From: Crocinitomicaceae bacterium
GTDB taxonomy: Bacteria; Bacteroidota; Bacteroidia; Flavobacteriales_D; Crocinitomicaceae
NCBI GenBank assembly: GCA_044348645.1
Contig: JBIKSL010000011.1
Span: 1,297 to 65,296, forward strand
Length of the DNA: 64,000 nucleotides
Direction: 5' to 3'
In this document: positions 9,301-18,570 of the stretch, piece by piece
Numbering within the stretch: position 1 is the first letter of the stretch
Layout: each line of letters opens with the position of its first letter
Notes under the pieces: generated by a model
What the model saw: the letters and a program-made list of their open reading frames with translations, nothing else
Databases searched by the model: none
Told to the model about the DNA's origin: nothing
Translations under genes and position numbers: made by a program

Positions 9301-10930
9301 CTAAATTGGTTAGAAAAGCTTTTTTTATGTCTAATTCCAACTCATAATGCTGCCTCGAGCCATAGGAAATATCTCCTTCGTAGGCTAAATCTAAATTTGG
9401 ATCAGAAATTTGCAATTTTGCTCCGATAATTTGATTTTTTAGATAACCGTCCTTGAGCGAAATGCGGGAATAAGGATAGTTTGAAAAATCGAAACGATCC
9501 AAATCAGCGAAAATTTCCCCTAATTCAACTTCTCCGTCATCCGATATCGTTCCGTTTAAACTAATTTCTCCATTAATCAATCCGAAGTTTGAATCCTCAA
9601 TAAACTGAGCCAGATTAAATTCACGAATAGAGAGTAGGTTAGAGTCACGAATAAAAGGCTTAAAATTCGTTGTATTATTTTGATGACTAATAGAAACATA
9701 ATTTTTTAAACTAAAACTTCCTATATGTGTATTCAAATTATTGAAAATCAAATTAAAATTATATATTTCACCATTTGTCCTTAAGTTGGAAATTTGTGCG
9801 TACTTGAATTTGGAGACTAGATTATCAAAGGATATATTTCCGTTTCCTTTCGGTAAATGAAATGATTCAATATCTTTAAAATCAAGGTATGCATATGAAA
9901 TATCCTCGTTGAGTTTACCTTGCCCTTCTTGTCTAAAATCAGGCAAAATTAAGTTACCTTGAAGAATGGTCTTTTTCCCGAATCGCAAATCCAAATTTCG
10001 AATGTTTAAATCGCGGACTCTCTGCGAAACAAGAGCTTTTAAATGAACATCGGTGTCCATTCCTTCCATTTCAGGAGCGAAAAATGAAATATCTCGCAAT
10101 GAAACAAGGCTTGGAGAAATATTTACGTCAAATTTCACGCGGTCCTCAAATTCATCAAAATCCTCCCAATTCTTAAATAATAAATAGAGTTTTGGGCATT
10201 TTAAATTCGTTTTGGGTGTTTTTAAGAAGAATTTTGTCAATTTGATTCCGTTCGAGGCTATCGTTACATTGCTTCTTAAACGATTAATTCCGAATCCACT
10301 TTGTTCATCAAGTTTTAAATGATTCAAATTCAGTGAGATTACATCATTTTCGATTTTCAAGTTGGACAAGTGGAGTGATAAATCCGCGATTTTAATGTGA
10401 TCATAATCCAATCCAAATTCCAACTGTCCTTTGCGGAAGTCATCGTATTTCAAATTGAAATCGTTCATGGATATTTCATTGAATATCAGCGTTGCTGGTT
10501 TGGTTTTTGATTTGGAGTCGGTTGAAAAATAATCGGCAATAAATTCGTAATTATAATTCCCATTTTGCTTGTCGCGACTAATGCCTATCGAACCTGAATT
10601 CAACTCAGTTTTAGCGATAATAAATCTATTTTTTGGTAAATTAACTTTGCCGATTATTAACGAAATCTCTTTAGCTTGCAGAATACTATCTTTTTTCAAG
10701 TCCAGAATCAAAATATCTTTAATTGAAATCTTATTTGGGAAAATAATTTCCAACCGACCGATTTCTATTTTTGTATTTAGCTCTTTGGAAAGATAGGAAG
10801 AAGCTTTCTGTGCAACAAAAGTTTGAAAAGAATAGTTTCGAATCAAAAAAACAAACGCAATCAATATAATTAGTAGCCATTCAATTGTGCATCCAATCGT
10901 TATAGCAGCTATTTTGAGTACTTTTGTCAT
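6335..10930 (-). CDS. tamB: Translocation/assembly module TamB-like giant envelope protein
   Basis: The product is about 1531 aa. It has an N-terminal TM anchor (IAAITIGCTIEWLLIILIAFVFLI) and a long beta-rich repetitive body. It sits divergent to tsaD, as is typical in Flavobacteriia. I placed the start at the ATG at 10930; the track uses a GTG at 10939. Confidence 0.65.
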   Translation of the reverse strand: MTKVLKIAAITIGCTIEWLLIILIAFVFLIRNYSFQTFVAQKASSYLSKELNTKIEIGRLEIIFPNKISIKDILILDLKKDSILQAKEISLIIGKVNLPKNRFIIAKTELNSGSIGISRDKQNGNYNYEFIADYFSTDSKSKTKPATLIFNEISMNDFNLKYDDFRKGQLEFGLDYDHIKIADLSLHLSNLKIENDVISLNLNHLKLDEQSGFGINRLRSNVTIASNGIKLTKFFLKTPKTNLKCPKLYLLFKNWEDFDEFEDRVKFDVNISPSLVSLRDISFFAPEMEGMDTDVHLKALVSQRVRDLNIRNLDLRFGKKTILQGNLILPDFRQEGQGKLNEDISYAYLDFKDIESFHLPKGNGNISFDNLVSKFKYAQISNLRTNGEIYNFNLIFNNLNTHIGSFSLKNYVSISHQNNTTNFKPFIRDSNLLSIREFNLAQFIEDSNFGLINGEISLNGTISDDGEVELGEIFADLDRFDFSNYPYSRISLKDGYLKNQIIGAKLQISDPNLDLAYEGDISYGSRQHYELELDIKKAFLTNLGLTSAKNVSLSTNVSFHVEGSALNRLKGTISSKYISYIEDSNSLNIPGFNFDLERTSVGDIFELKSLVLNAKINGKINYETVVDDFLSEFSIVFPSLNKIKSTNKRKGISDFSFDFRIGNSDEFMDIFVPSLKISPNSQLSGNYNSLESNLNAKLTSQLIEYDDFTFKNLNCTQTISKSGINGNYQLDEIKYGDSLKFENLLFAVNGKSGVLNSELSWDPNTEYYSSIQWQTIVLDNDLLNFQLHPSFFSLNGLQWKIENESDINLSSEDVNVTNLKLARNNQKIQIEGCISNNNSDKIKLNMDNFDLYELSHILGLTTVLGGNVSGWGEISNPYHDFNYQGKARIQDFQVNKEEVGNIQLLSDWNQKRETIIINGDLEYKNFRTFDFSGFYDVGKDNLDLFLNFENTDIEFTNAFMDPSVVKDISGKINGKIKVNGNPSMPKLKGKLNLSKGRALVELLGVKYTINGNIIVEEDAFLIDPIPVRDEDGNTAALVGTVNHSNFEKWNFDLQFNFEDDLFKKQKLSGKIQPLEQFQVLKTKFKEGDIYYGTAYARGYANIEGTENSLSITVEAETKPNTHIFFPMYGVSELEEKDDFVTIIDKSIKDKIEKDRIDLSGIDLDMKFKFNQNAKINLIFNDITNDEITATGKGEINLKLDQLDNVFLEGTYTIAEGSKYNFTMAGIQQPFEIEKGSTIKWSGSPYNADININTFVNLKKVSILELSPELMDNSLLNQEVNCYLKLDETLLKPHITFDIKAPRAPETGKALIRRVTSDNDELNRQFFSLLIARKFQPLKGTISASSSAAIDLVESQINAALNNLTDSYKLNVDYGEERTMGEKSFEVGFKKGLLNERLIISSSIGVESRNSGSESASNSGASGSSSSGATKSSALIGDVNIEYIINEKGTFRANIFNKSNNNSINQQAGSFTQGAGISYLEEFNNWNDFELVQYGLDIFRKKEKKKFKKTKNKTKIPIELIKKNSNQYPDEK

Positions 10931-10954
10931 CGATAACACAAATTTAGCAATCTT

Positions 10955-11974
10955 TTGACTAGTAAAGAAACGATCATATTGGGAATTGAGACTTCATGTG
11001 ATGACACTTCGGCGTCAATTCTTCGAGATTTTTCAGTTCTTTCTAATGTGACAGCAAATCAATTAATACACGAGCGCTACGGTGGTGTGGTTCCTGAATT
11101 AGCGAGTCGTTCACATCAAGAAAATATTATTCAGGTTGTGGATTCTGCCATATCTAAAGCCAATGTTTCAGTGGATGATATTGATGCTGTTGCATTCACG
11201 CAAGGACCTGGTTTATTGGGTTCTTTATTGGTGGGAACTTCATTTGCGAAATCATTTGCTCTAGCAAGAAAGATTCCGTTGATGGCGGTTCATCACATGA
11301 AGGCACACATTCTTGCGCATTTCATCGACGATGCAGGGAGTCAAAAACCTGAATTTCCATTTTTGTGTTTAACCGTTTCCGGAGGACACACTCAAATAGT
11401 TCTGGTTCACGATATAAATAACATGGAAATTCTTGGTAAAACAATTGATGATGCAGCTGGGGAGGCTTTTGATAAAGCCGCAAAAATGTTCGGCTTGAGT
11501 TATCCTGGGGGTCCATTGATTGATCAGCATGCGCGAAATGGAAATCCAAATGCATTCCAATTTTCAAAACCAAAAATTCAAGGACTTGATTTTAGTTTCA
11601 GTGGTTTGAAAACCTCTATTCTTTATTTTATTCAGAGAGAATTAAAAAAAAATCAGCATTTTGTTGAAGACAATCTAAGCGATCTATGCGCCTCTGTGCA
11701 ACATGTCATTGTTGAAATACTGATTGAAAAAATAAAAAAAGCAATGGACATTACCGGAATCAAAAAAGTAGCCATTTCTGGCGGTGTTTCGGCGAATAAA
11801 GCGCTTCGTGAAGCTTTGATTAAACTCGAAAAACAAGGCTGCAGCGTTTTTATTCCGAAGTTTGAATATTGTACTGATAACGCTGCAATGATTGCGGTTG
11901 CAGGAAAATTCCTCTTTGACCAAAAGATATTTTCTGATCAGTCTATTTCGGCACAATCAAAATTAAATTGGTAA
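10955..11974 (+). CDS. tsaD: tRNA N6-adenosine threonylcarbamoyltransferase TsaD
   Basis: The 339-aa product carries ILGIETSCDDTSASI, AVHHMKAHI and GGVSAN motifs. It has a TTG start. Confidence 0.95.
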   Translation: MTSKETIILGIETSCDDTSASILRDFSVLSNVTANQLIHERYGGVVPELASRSHQENIIQVVDSAISKANVSVDDIDAVAFTQGPGLLGSLLVGTSFAKSFALARKIPLMAVHHMKAHILAHFIDDAGSQKPEFPFLCLTVSGGHTQIVLVHDINNMEILGKTIDDAAGEAFDKAAKMFGLSYPGGPLIDQHARNGNPNAFQFSKPKIQGLDFSFSGLKTSILYFIQRELKKNQHFVEDNLSDLCASVQHVIVEILIEKIKKAMDITGIKKVAISGGVSANKALREALIKLEKQGCSVFIPKFEYCTDNAAMIAVAGKFLFDQKIFSDQSISAQSKLNW

Positions 11975-12054
11975 AATTTATTAAAAAAAAGAATTTTTTT
12001 GATTTTCCATTTGTATTATGTTTATATTCGGTCTAACAATCTAATTCCCGAATT

Positions 12055-12324
12055 ATGGAAGCAACGTTAATTGAAAAGGAAACAATTCCTTCATTGAAGT
12101 TCAATGATAAGTCCACTGTGGATCAGCATCCGGACCTATTAAAGCAAATCGAAAAAGCAACCATTCTAGGAAATTCACATCGCACGAAAGTTTCTATTTT
12201 TTTTCGCGATGATGAAAGTGTTAAACGTGTTGAAACTACCATTTGGGCAGCAGGAACAAAATTTATTTGTCTCAAAGGTGGTGTTTGGATTCCAATTAGC
12301 AGATTGATTGAGGTTAAAATATAG
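12055..12324 (+). CDS. Small hypothetical protein (89 aa)
   Basis: This is a clean ORF with no overlap, immediately upstream of the DsbD-related genes on the same strand. I recognise no motif. Confidence 0.5.
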   Translation: MEATLIEKETIPSLKFNDKSTVDQHPDLLKQIEKATILGNSHRTKVSIFFRDDESVKRVETTIWAAGTKFICLKGGVWIPISRLIEVKI

Positions 12325-12325
12325 T

Positions 12326-12763
12326 ATGCTCAGGAATCTTTTACTTGCATTAATTGTATTTCTTAAATTCAATTGTATTGCTCAAAATCATGTTAGCTGG
12401 TCGTTTGAGTACGATAATATCATGAAGAAAGTGTTAGCATACGGTCGTATAGATTCCACTTGGCACGTGTATTCATCTAAAACGAATGTAAAATCAGGTG
12501 CGATTCCGGTAAGTTTTTCATTTGAAAAAAACATAGATGCATTTCAAAAAGCAAAACCTGAGGAGGATGGTATTCCAGTGAGCCTAAAAGATCCCATTTT
12601 TAATTCACAAGTTTATCAATTTGAAAATATTTATATTGCTGAAATCCCTTTCATAGTTAAAAAAGAAACAATTATCAAAGGTGTTGTAAGCTACATGGTT
12701 TGTAACAACAGTGAGTGTTTACCTTCCATTGATGTGCCTTTTACAGTTTTTGCGAAACCATAG
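12326..12763 (+). CDS. Secreted stand-alone DsbD N-terminal (alpha) domain-like protein
   Basis: The signal peptide is MLRNLLLALIVFLKFNCIAQ. The C-terminal MVCNNSECLP pairs with QLCNAEGCVGP in the N-terminal domain of the downstream DsbD. I placed the start at the ATG at 12326; the track start at 12308 is a non-ATG extension. Confidence 0.6.
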   Translation: MLRNLLLALIVFLKFNCIAQNHVSWSFEYDNIMKKVLAYGRIDSTWHVYSSKTNVKSGAIPVSFSFEKNIDAFQKAKPEEDGIPVSLKDPIFNSQVYQFENIYIAEIPFIVKKETIIKGVVSYMVCNNSECLPSIDVPFTVFAKP

Positions 12764-12766
12764 TTT

Positions 12767-14800
12767 ATGAAGACTCTGTTTTTCTTTTTGACCATTTTAG
12801 TATTTTTCTTTTCATCCTTTGGACAAGGAATGGAGGATTTTATCAAATGGCAATTAAATGTTGAGAAGATTGATGATTCACATGCCAATTTGGTTTTCAC
12901 GGGCAATCTGACAGAAGGGTATCATATTTTTTCCTTGAAACATAATCCGGAGATGGCGAATGGCACGGGATTAGTCCCTCAATTTGAATTTCTAAAATCG
13001 CCGAACTATAAATTAATTGGTAAGCCATTTGAAATAGGTAAACCAATTAAACAAGTTGATGATTTGGGGACTTCATTTTATTTGGAGAAAAAAGCCATTT
13101 TTAAGCAGAAAATCGAGGTATTGACTAAGGATGAATTCGTTATTAATTTCGGAATTAATTTCTTCCAGCTATGCAATGCAGAGGGTTGTGTTGGCCCTTT
13201 CGATTATCAAAATAAGTTGAAGTTGAAAGGTTTTACTCCTGTAGAAATCGCACAAGTTGATGTCGAAGATTCAGTTGAAGCTAAAATCAGCGAAAGCAAC
13301 GTTGACTCAAAACAAACAGTGGCAAAACCTTTGGTTAAAAAACAACCAAAAAAGCAAAATCAAGATTCTAATTTTGTCATATTTATTGCTGGGTTCATTG
13401 CTGGACTTGTTGCTTTGTTGACACCTTGCATGTTTCCGATGATTCCAATGACGGTCACATTTTTCACCAAGCAATCAAAAACGAGAAGAGAAGCAATATT
13501 TAAAGCATTGATTTATGGCACGTCGATTATTTTAATTTACGTCACTTTTGGAGTGATTTTTACTGCCGCAACGGGTCCATTGGGATTAAATGATCTATCA
13601 ACCAATGTTTGGATGAACCTAATTTTCTTTTTCATATTTATACTTTTTGCATTTTCATTTCTCGGTGCTTTTGAAATACAATTGCCCAGCTCGTGGGTCA
13701 ACAAAATGGATCAACAAGCAGATCGAGGAGGTTATCTTGGGATTTTCTTTATGGCTTTCACGCTTGGTTTGGTTTCCTTTTCTTGCACGGGACCAATTAT
13801 TGGAAGTTTGCTGGTTGAGGCTGCAACATCAGGATCCTATTTCACACCGGCAATCGGAATGACAGGCTTTTCATTAGCGCTAGCTATTCCGTTTACTCTT
13901 TTTGCTATTTTTCCAGGTTGGTTGAATTCGTTGCCACAATCTGGTGGATGGTTGAATTCAGTGAAAGTTGTTTTAGGTCTATTGGAATTGGCTTTGGCAT
14001 TGAAATTCTTGTCATCGGTTGATTTGGCTTATCATTGGGGAATTCTTTCGAGGGAGTGGTTTGTTGCGATTTGGTTTGTACTCTTTTTAATTATGGGAAT
14101 TTATTTGTTGGGAAAACTTCGTTTTTCACACGATTCACCTCTTGAGAAATTAAGCGTAACGCGTTTTATGTTTGCCTTGTTCGCGCTTGTTTTTGCAGTT
14201 TATTTATTACCTGGAATGTTTGGAGCGCCATTGAAGTTAATTGATGGGATTGCCCCTCCTCGAACGCATTCCGAGGATAACTTTAGGTATGTAAATGGTG
14301 GTTTGGAAACCGGAATTGTAAAGGACTCGATATCTGAAAATTACTTATCAGAAATGCATCCAGTTGGAGACGGCTCAATCTTGGTTTTCCATGATTTAAT
14401 TCGGGCAACCGAATATGCAAAATTGAAGAATTTCCCCATTTTATTGGATTTTACTGGTCATGCCTGTCAAAATTGTCGAAAAACTGAATCCACGGTTTGG
14501 ACAAACGATGAAATTAGACCTTTGCTTCAACAGAAGTTTGTAATCGCCTCCTTATATTGTGATGATCGAACACCACTGCCAGCGAGCGAAGTGCGATACT
14601 CCGAAATTGCCAAACGAAAAATAAAAAATATCGGAAATAAATGGGCGGAAATGCAAATTGAAAAATACAATAGCTTCCAACAGCCATTGTATGTCGTGAT
14701 TGATCACGAAGGAAATGATTTGACTGAAGCCATTGGTTATACTCCCAATATTAAAAAATATAAATCATTTTTATTGGATGGTTTGAGGGAATTCAATTAG
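12767..14800 (+). CDS. dsbD: Thiol:disulfide interchange protein DsbD (alpha domain + DsbD transmembrane core + C-terminal thioredoxin domain)
   Basis: The 677-aa product has a signal peptide and a multi-TM core with LLTPCMFPMIP and SFSCTGPI (conserved Cys-Pro motifs). The C-terminal thioredoxin motif is HACQNC. Confidence 0.9.
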   Translation: MKTLFFFLTILVFFFSSFGQGMEDFIKWQLNVEKIDDSHANLVFTGNLTEGYHIFSLKHNPEMANGTGLVPQFEFLKSPNYKLIGKPFEIGKPIKQVDDLGTSFYLEKKAIFKQKIEVLTKDEFVINFGINFFQLCNAEGCVGPFDYQNKLKLKGFTPVEIAQVDVEDSVEAKISESNVDSKQTVAKPLVKKQPKKQNQDSNFVIFIAGFIAGLVALLTPCMFPMIPMTVTFFTKQSKTRREAIFKALIYGTSIILIYVTFGVIFTAATGPLGLNDLSTNVWMNLIFFFIFILFAFSFLGAFEIQLPSSWVNKMDQQADRGGYLGIFFMAFTLGLVSFSCTGPIIGSLLVEAATSGSYFTPAIGMTGFSLALAIPFTLFAIFPGWLNSLPQSGGWLNSVKVVLGLLELALALKFLSSVDLAYHWGILSREWFVAIWFVLFLIMGIYLLGKLRFSHDSPLEKLSVTRFMFALFALVFAVYLLPGMFGAPLKLIDGIAPPRTHSEDNFRYVNGGLETGIVKDSISENYLSEMHPVGDGSILVFHDLIRATEYAKLKNFPILLDFTGHACQNCRKTESTVWTNDEIRPLLQQKFVIASLYCDDRTPLPASEVRYSEIAKRKIKNIGNKWAEMQIEKYNSFQQPLYVVIDHEGNDLTEAIGYTPNIKKYKSFLLDGLREFN

Positions 14801-15055
14801 TAAATTTGCGAACCATTGAATTTAGCTTTAAAAAAATAAACTAGTTTTCGTTATTTTGAATTATGAATTTGAATTTAAGCCATAAATTATTGGGGTAATT
14901 TTTTAATGCAATTCGTAATTTTCATTACATTTTTTATTTTGGTTTTCTCAGAACGTTTTCATTCAGGAACTGTGGTCAAATTATTAGCAGCAGAGCCAAA
15001 AAGCAAAAAAGTATTAGATACTAAACATGGTTTATGAAGAATTTCGCTGTATTTG

Positions 15056-16507
15056 TTAATACTCTGCTAAGGCGTTTAAAATCTTTTCCATTTTATTTGT
15101 AATCTGTTTGGAGGAACAATTAAAATTATTAACGACAAAGGCAAAAGCGATTTTTTTACCTGTTTTTGAATCAACATAACCTGCTAATGATTTCGTTGTC
15201 TTGAAAGTTCCGCTTTTTGCATAAATTATACCTTCTCCAGAGCCACCTTTACACAATGTACTAATTGTTCCATTCTTCCCAGCTATTGGTAAAGTCGATT
15301 TGAATAAGTCGAAATTGGAGGAAATAGACATAAATTTCAGTAATTCGCATAAATGTTGGGCGCTAATTGCATTCATCCTAGACAAACCTGAGCCATCATT
15401 TAGTACCAAGTTAGTAGTATTAATCTTATCTTTCCAAAAATCTCGAATAACTTCTAATCCGGCTTCAGTTGTGCCATTTCCTGATGTAAAATAACCTAAT
15501 AATTTAACTAGTCCTTCAGCGTACAAATTAACACTTTTAACATTTGTCCAGAAAGCAATTTCTCGAATTGATTTACTTTCATGTTGAAAAAGTAATGTCA
15601 ATTCTCTATCGTATTTGGGTATGGTCAGCTGGCTCAATCGAACCGATTTAGCACCTCCTTCTACTGTAATTCCTTTTGAATTTAAAAATCTTACAAATTC
15701 ATGAGCTAGCATATATTCAGGGTCGGGCATGCTTCCTTTTACAATGAATTTATTTTGATTTGCTGGTAATCTTCCTGTAATTTTTCGATTTAATGAATAA
15801 GGCAATCCTGAAATAGAAGATTCATCGCTAATAACATTGGCTGAGATTACTGTATTTATGAGGTTTAAATTTGGAACAAACGGGAAAACATCAATGACGT
15901 AAGATTTTGAACCCACAACTCCCGTTTTCAGTGAAACTTTTATCAAGTTATCATAAAAATTCAATCCTGCTGGGATCGCGCCATAATAATTCCCAATGTC
16001 ATCCTCGTGCCAACCCTTGGGAGCACTAGAATAACCAAATTCAGATCCGTCTGCAACTACAGAACCTTTAACTTTTCTAATCCCTTTGCGTATTAATGAA
16101 TCGCACCAATCTGTTAAGAATTTTAACTCCTCAGATTGAATTGAGAAATATCTGCTACCTAATGTAACATCTCCTCCACCCCGAATCCAAATGTCGCCAT
16201 TAAGCACAAGCTGCGAATCAATCTTGCCTGAATAGTAAATACTTGTTTTCGTGGTTTTATCTCCCCCCAATACTTCCAAGGCTGTTGCAGAGGAAAACAA
16301 CTTGGTTACCGATGCACAGGTCAATGCTCGGGTTGGATTTAGTTGTGCTATTTTTTCACCTGTTTGTATATCTAAAGCCAAAAAACTAATTGCTCCATTT
16401 TTATTTACATTATCACTTTGAAATTGGCGGATCAATTTCTCTACAATATTTTGAGAAAAACTACTGGTAATAAAAAAGATTGAGATTAAAAATGCGTAAA
16501 TTTGCAT
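15056..16507 (-). CDS. dacB: D-alanyl-D-alanine carboxypeptidase/endopeptidase (PBP4, peptidase S13)
   Basis: The 483-aa product has a signal peptide. It carries SVTKLF (SxxK), NDGSGLSRMN and AKSGTF (KTG-like) motifs. Confidence 0.88.
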   Translation of the reverse strand: MQIYAFLISIFFITSSFSQNIVEKLIRQFQSDNVNKNGAISFLALDIQTGEKIAQLNPTRALTCASVTKLFSSATALEVLGGDKTTKTSIYYSGKIDSQLVLNGDIWIRGGGDVTLGSRYFSIQSEELKFLTDWCDSLIRKGIRKVKGSVVADGSEFGYSSAPKGWHEDDIGNYYGAIPAGLNFYDNLIKVSLKTGVVGSKSYVIDVFPFVPNLNLINTVISANVISDESSISGLPYSLNRKITGRLPANQNKFIVKGSMPDPEYMLAHEFVRFLNSKGITVEGGAKSVRLSQLTIPKYDRELTLLFQHESKSIREIAFWTNVKSVNLYAEGLVKLLGYFTSGNGTTEAGLEVIRDFWKDKINTTNLVLNDGSGLSRMNAISAQHLCELLKFMSISSNFDLFKSTLPIAGKNGTISTLCKGGSGEGIIYAKSGTFKTTKSLAGYVDSKTGKKIAFAFVVNNFNCSSKQITNKMEKILNALAEY

Positions 16508-16604
16508 GAGTTATTATTTTTTTTCGAAATTCATAATTTGTTTTTAACAATTTTACACGAGGTAATTTATTTTTAAACATTCAAAATTTTAATTTATTAA
16601 ATTA

Positions 16605-17792
16605 ATGCCCATCGATAGAAAGATAAAAATACTTAGAATTATAAATCGATTCAATATAGGAGGTCCTACTTACAACGCCACGTTTTTGACACGATTTATG
16701 TCTGATGAGTTTGAAACCATGCTTATCGGTGGTCTTCCTGAGGAAGGAGAAGCGGACTCGTTGCACATTCTGAATGATTATGATGTAACACCAATCCTGA
16801 TTCCAGAATTGAAAAGAAATCCCAATTTTTTGAGCGATAGGAAAGCTTTAAAAAAAATAAAGTCAATAATTAAAGAGTTTAGACCTGATATTGTTCATAC
16901 TCATGCTGCCAAGGCTGGAGCTTTGGGTCGAAAAGCGGCTTTTGACTGCAAAGTTCCTGTAGTGATTCACACTTTTCATGGACATATTTTCCACTCTTAC
17001 TTCGGTAAATTTAAAACAGAAGTTTTTAGAAGAATTGAAAAACGTTTGGCCTCCAAATCCACTGGAATTATTGCTGTTTCAGAACAACAAAAAAAGGAGT
17101 TGAGTGAAAAATTCAGAATTGCAAATAAAAGTAAAATTGAGGTTATTCCGCTTGGGTTTGATTTGAATCCCTTTCAGGTTGATTTGGAAACGAAACGAAA
17201 GAAAACTCGAGAGAAGTATCATTTAACTGATAATCAAGTTGCTATTGCGATTATAGGTCGTTTGGCTCCCATAAAAAATCATAAATTGTTTCTGGATTCA
17301 ATTGAAAAAGTCAATAGTCAAACAACCAAAAAACTTGTCTTCTTCATTGTTGGAGATGGAGAAACCAGAAAGGAAATTGAAGAACAAATCGAAAGGATTA
17401 ATTCAAATCAGACAATTGATATTCGTTTGACCTCCTGGATTCATGATATTAAAACGTTTAACGCGGGGATGGATGTGATTTGTCTTACCTCCGATAATGA
17501 AGGTACTCCAGTTAGTTTAATTGAAGCACAAGCGTGCAATATTCCAATTATTTCAACTGATGTTGGGGGAGTTAAGGACATTTTATTGGAAAACGAAACT
17601 GGCTATATTGTACCCAAAAATAATTCGGAAAAATTTGCTGAAAAATTACTTTTACTCATTGAAGATGAAAAAAAACGAGAAAAAATGTCACAAAATGGAT
17701 GGCTTTTCGTAAAAGATAATTTTCATTATCAAAGATTAGTTAAGGATACAGAGAAATACTACCTAAATTTAGTTGAAAATAAAATAACATGA
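16605..17792 (+). CDS. Glycosyltransferase family 4
   Basis: The 395-aa product has a GT-B fold. It carries the E-x7-E region SDNEGTPVSLIEAQACNIPIISTDVGG. Confidence 0.85.
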   Translation: MPIDRKIKILRIINRFNIGGPTYNATFLTRFMSDEFETMLIGGLPEEGEADSLHILNDYDVTPILIPELKRNPNFLSDRKALKKIKSIIKEFRPDIVHTHAAKAGALGRKAAFDCKVPVVIHTFHGHIFHSYFGKFKTEVFRRIEKRLASKSTGIIAVSEQQKKELSEKFRIANKSKIEVIPLGFDLNPFQVDLETKRKKTREKYHLTDNQVAIAIIGRLAPIKNHKLFLDSIEKVNSQTTKKLVFFIVGDGETRKEIEEQIERINSNQTIDIRLTSWIHDIKTFNAGMDVICLTSDNEGTPVSLIEAQACNIPIISTDVGGVKDILLENETGYIVPKNNSEKFAEKLLLLIEDEKKREKMSQNGWLFVKDNFHYQRLVKDTEKYYLNLVENKIT

Positions 17793-18568
17793 AGTTTTTA
17801 ATGCGCTTATTGGTATTTAGTTTCTTTGTTTTATTTTTTGACTCATGTTCTAATGTCAATAGTAATGTATTGTTTAAAATTCCGAAAGGAGAGAATTTTC
17901 AATATGATTCACTCCCCTTAAAACCATCTCAGGATTATATCATTGGACCAGGTGATCGATTCAATTTTTTATTTTCTACAAATAAAGGCGAAAAATTAAT
18001 TACCGGAGTTTCAGGAGTTAAGGGTGTTGAGGGGCAATCTTTTCTTCAAACCAATATAAGTGTGATTCAGGATTATTTGGTTCGAACAGATGGAACAGCG
18101 GAACTACCAGTGATTGGATCTATCAAGGTTCAAGGTATGACTGTGATTAAATTAAAAGACACTTTAACTCAAATTTTATCAAAAGACTATATTGACCCAT
18201 TTGTTCAAATTAGATTAACTAACCAGAGAGTAATTGTTTTTAATGGCAGGGGTAACGCACAGGTTATAACACTAAACAATTTGAATACTTCTTTATTGGA
18301 AACAATTGCCCTTTCGGGAGGACTTTCTGCCGAAGCCAGAGCCAATTCCATCAAGTTGATTCGGAAAGTGAAAAACAAGAGAGAAGTTTACAAGATAGAT
18401 CTTTCAACAATTCACGGGATGAAACAAGCCGAAATGATTGTTCAAAGTAACGATTATATTTATGTTGACTTCAAACCCCGATTAGCATCTTCATTTATGG
18501 CAGAAATTTCACCTTGGTTGTCACTTTTTACGTCCACCCTTGTTCTATTTACCTTTTTAAGAAATTAA
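17789..18568 (+). CDS. wza: Polysaccharide export protein (Wza-like), copy 1
   Basis: The 259-aa product has a signal/lipoprotein-like N-terminus (FFDSCSN). It has a Poly_export-type core (YIIGPGDRFNF...PVIGSIKVQGMTVIKLKDTL) and a SLBB-like region. An ATGA overlap couples it to the upstream GT. Confidence 0.8.
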   Translation: MKFLMRLLVFSFFVLFFDSCSNVNSNVLFKIPKGENFQYDSLPLKPSQDYIIGPGDRFNFLFSTNKGEKLITGVSGVKGVEGQSFLQTNISVIQDYLVRTDGTAELPVIGSIKVQGMTVIKLKDTLTQILSKDYIDPFVQIRLTNQRVIVFNGRGNAQVITLNNLNTSLLETIALSGGLSAEARANSIKLIRKVKNKREVYKIDLSTIHGMKQAEMIVQSNDYIYVDFKPRLASSFMAEISPWLSLFTSTLVLFTFLRN

Positions 18569-18570
18569 AC

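Noticed and set aside
14906-15037. A 43-aa ORF (MQFVIFITFFILVFSERFHSGTVVKLLAAEPKSKKVLDTKHGL) lies in the convergent gap between dsbD and dacB.
   Set aside because: A hydrophobic N-terminus is expected by chance from T-rich DNA. There is no supporting promoter box and no conservation evidence available here, so I did not call it.
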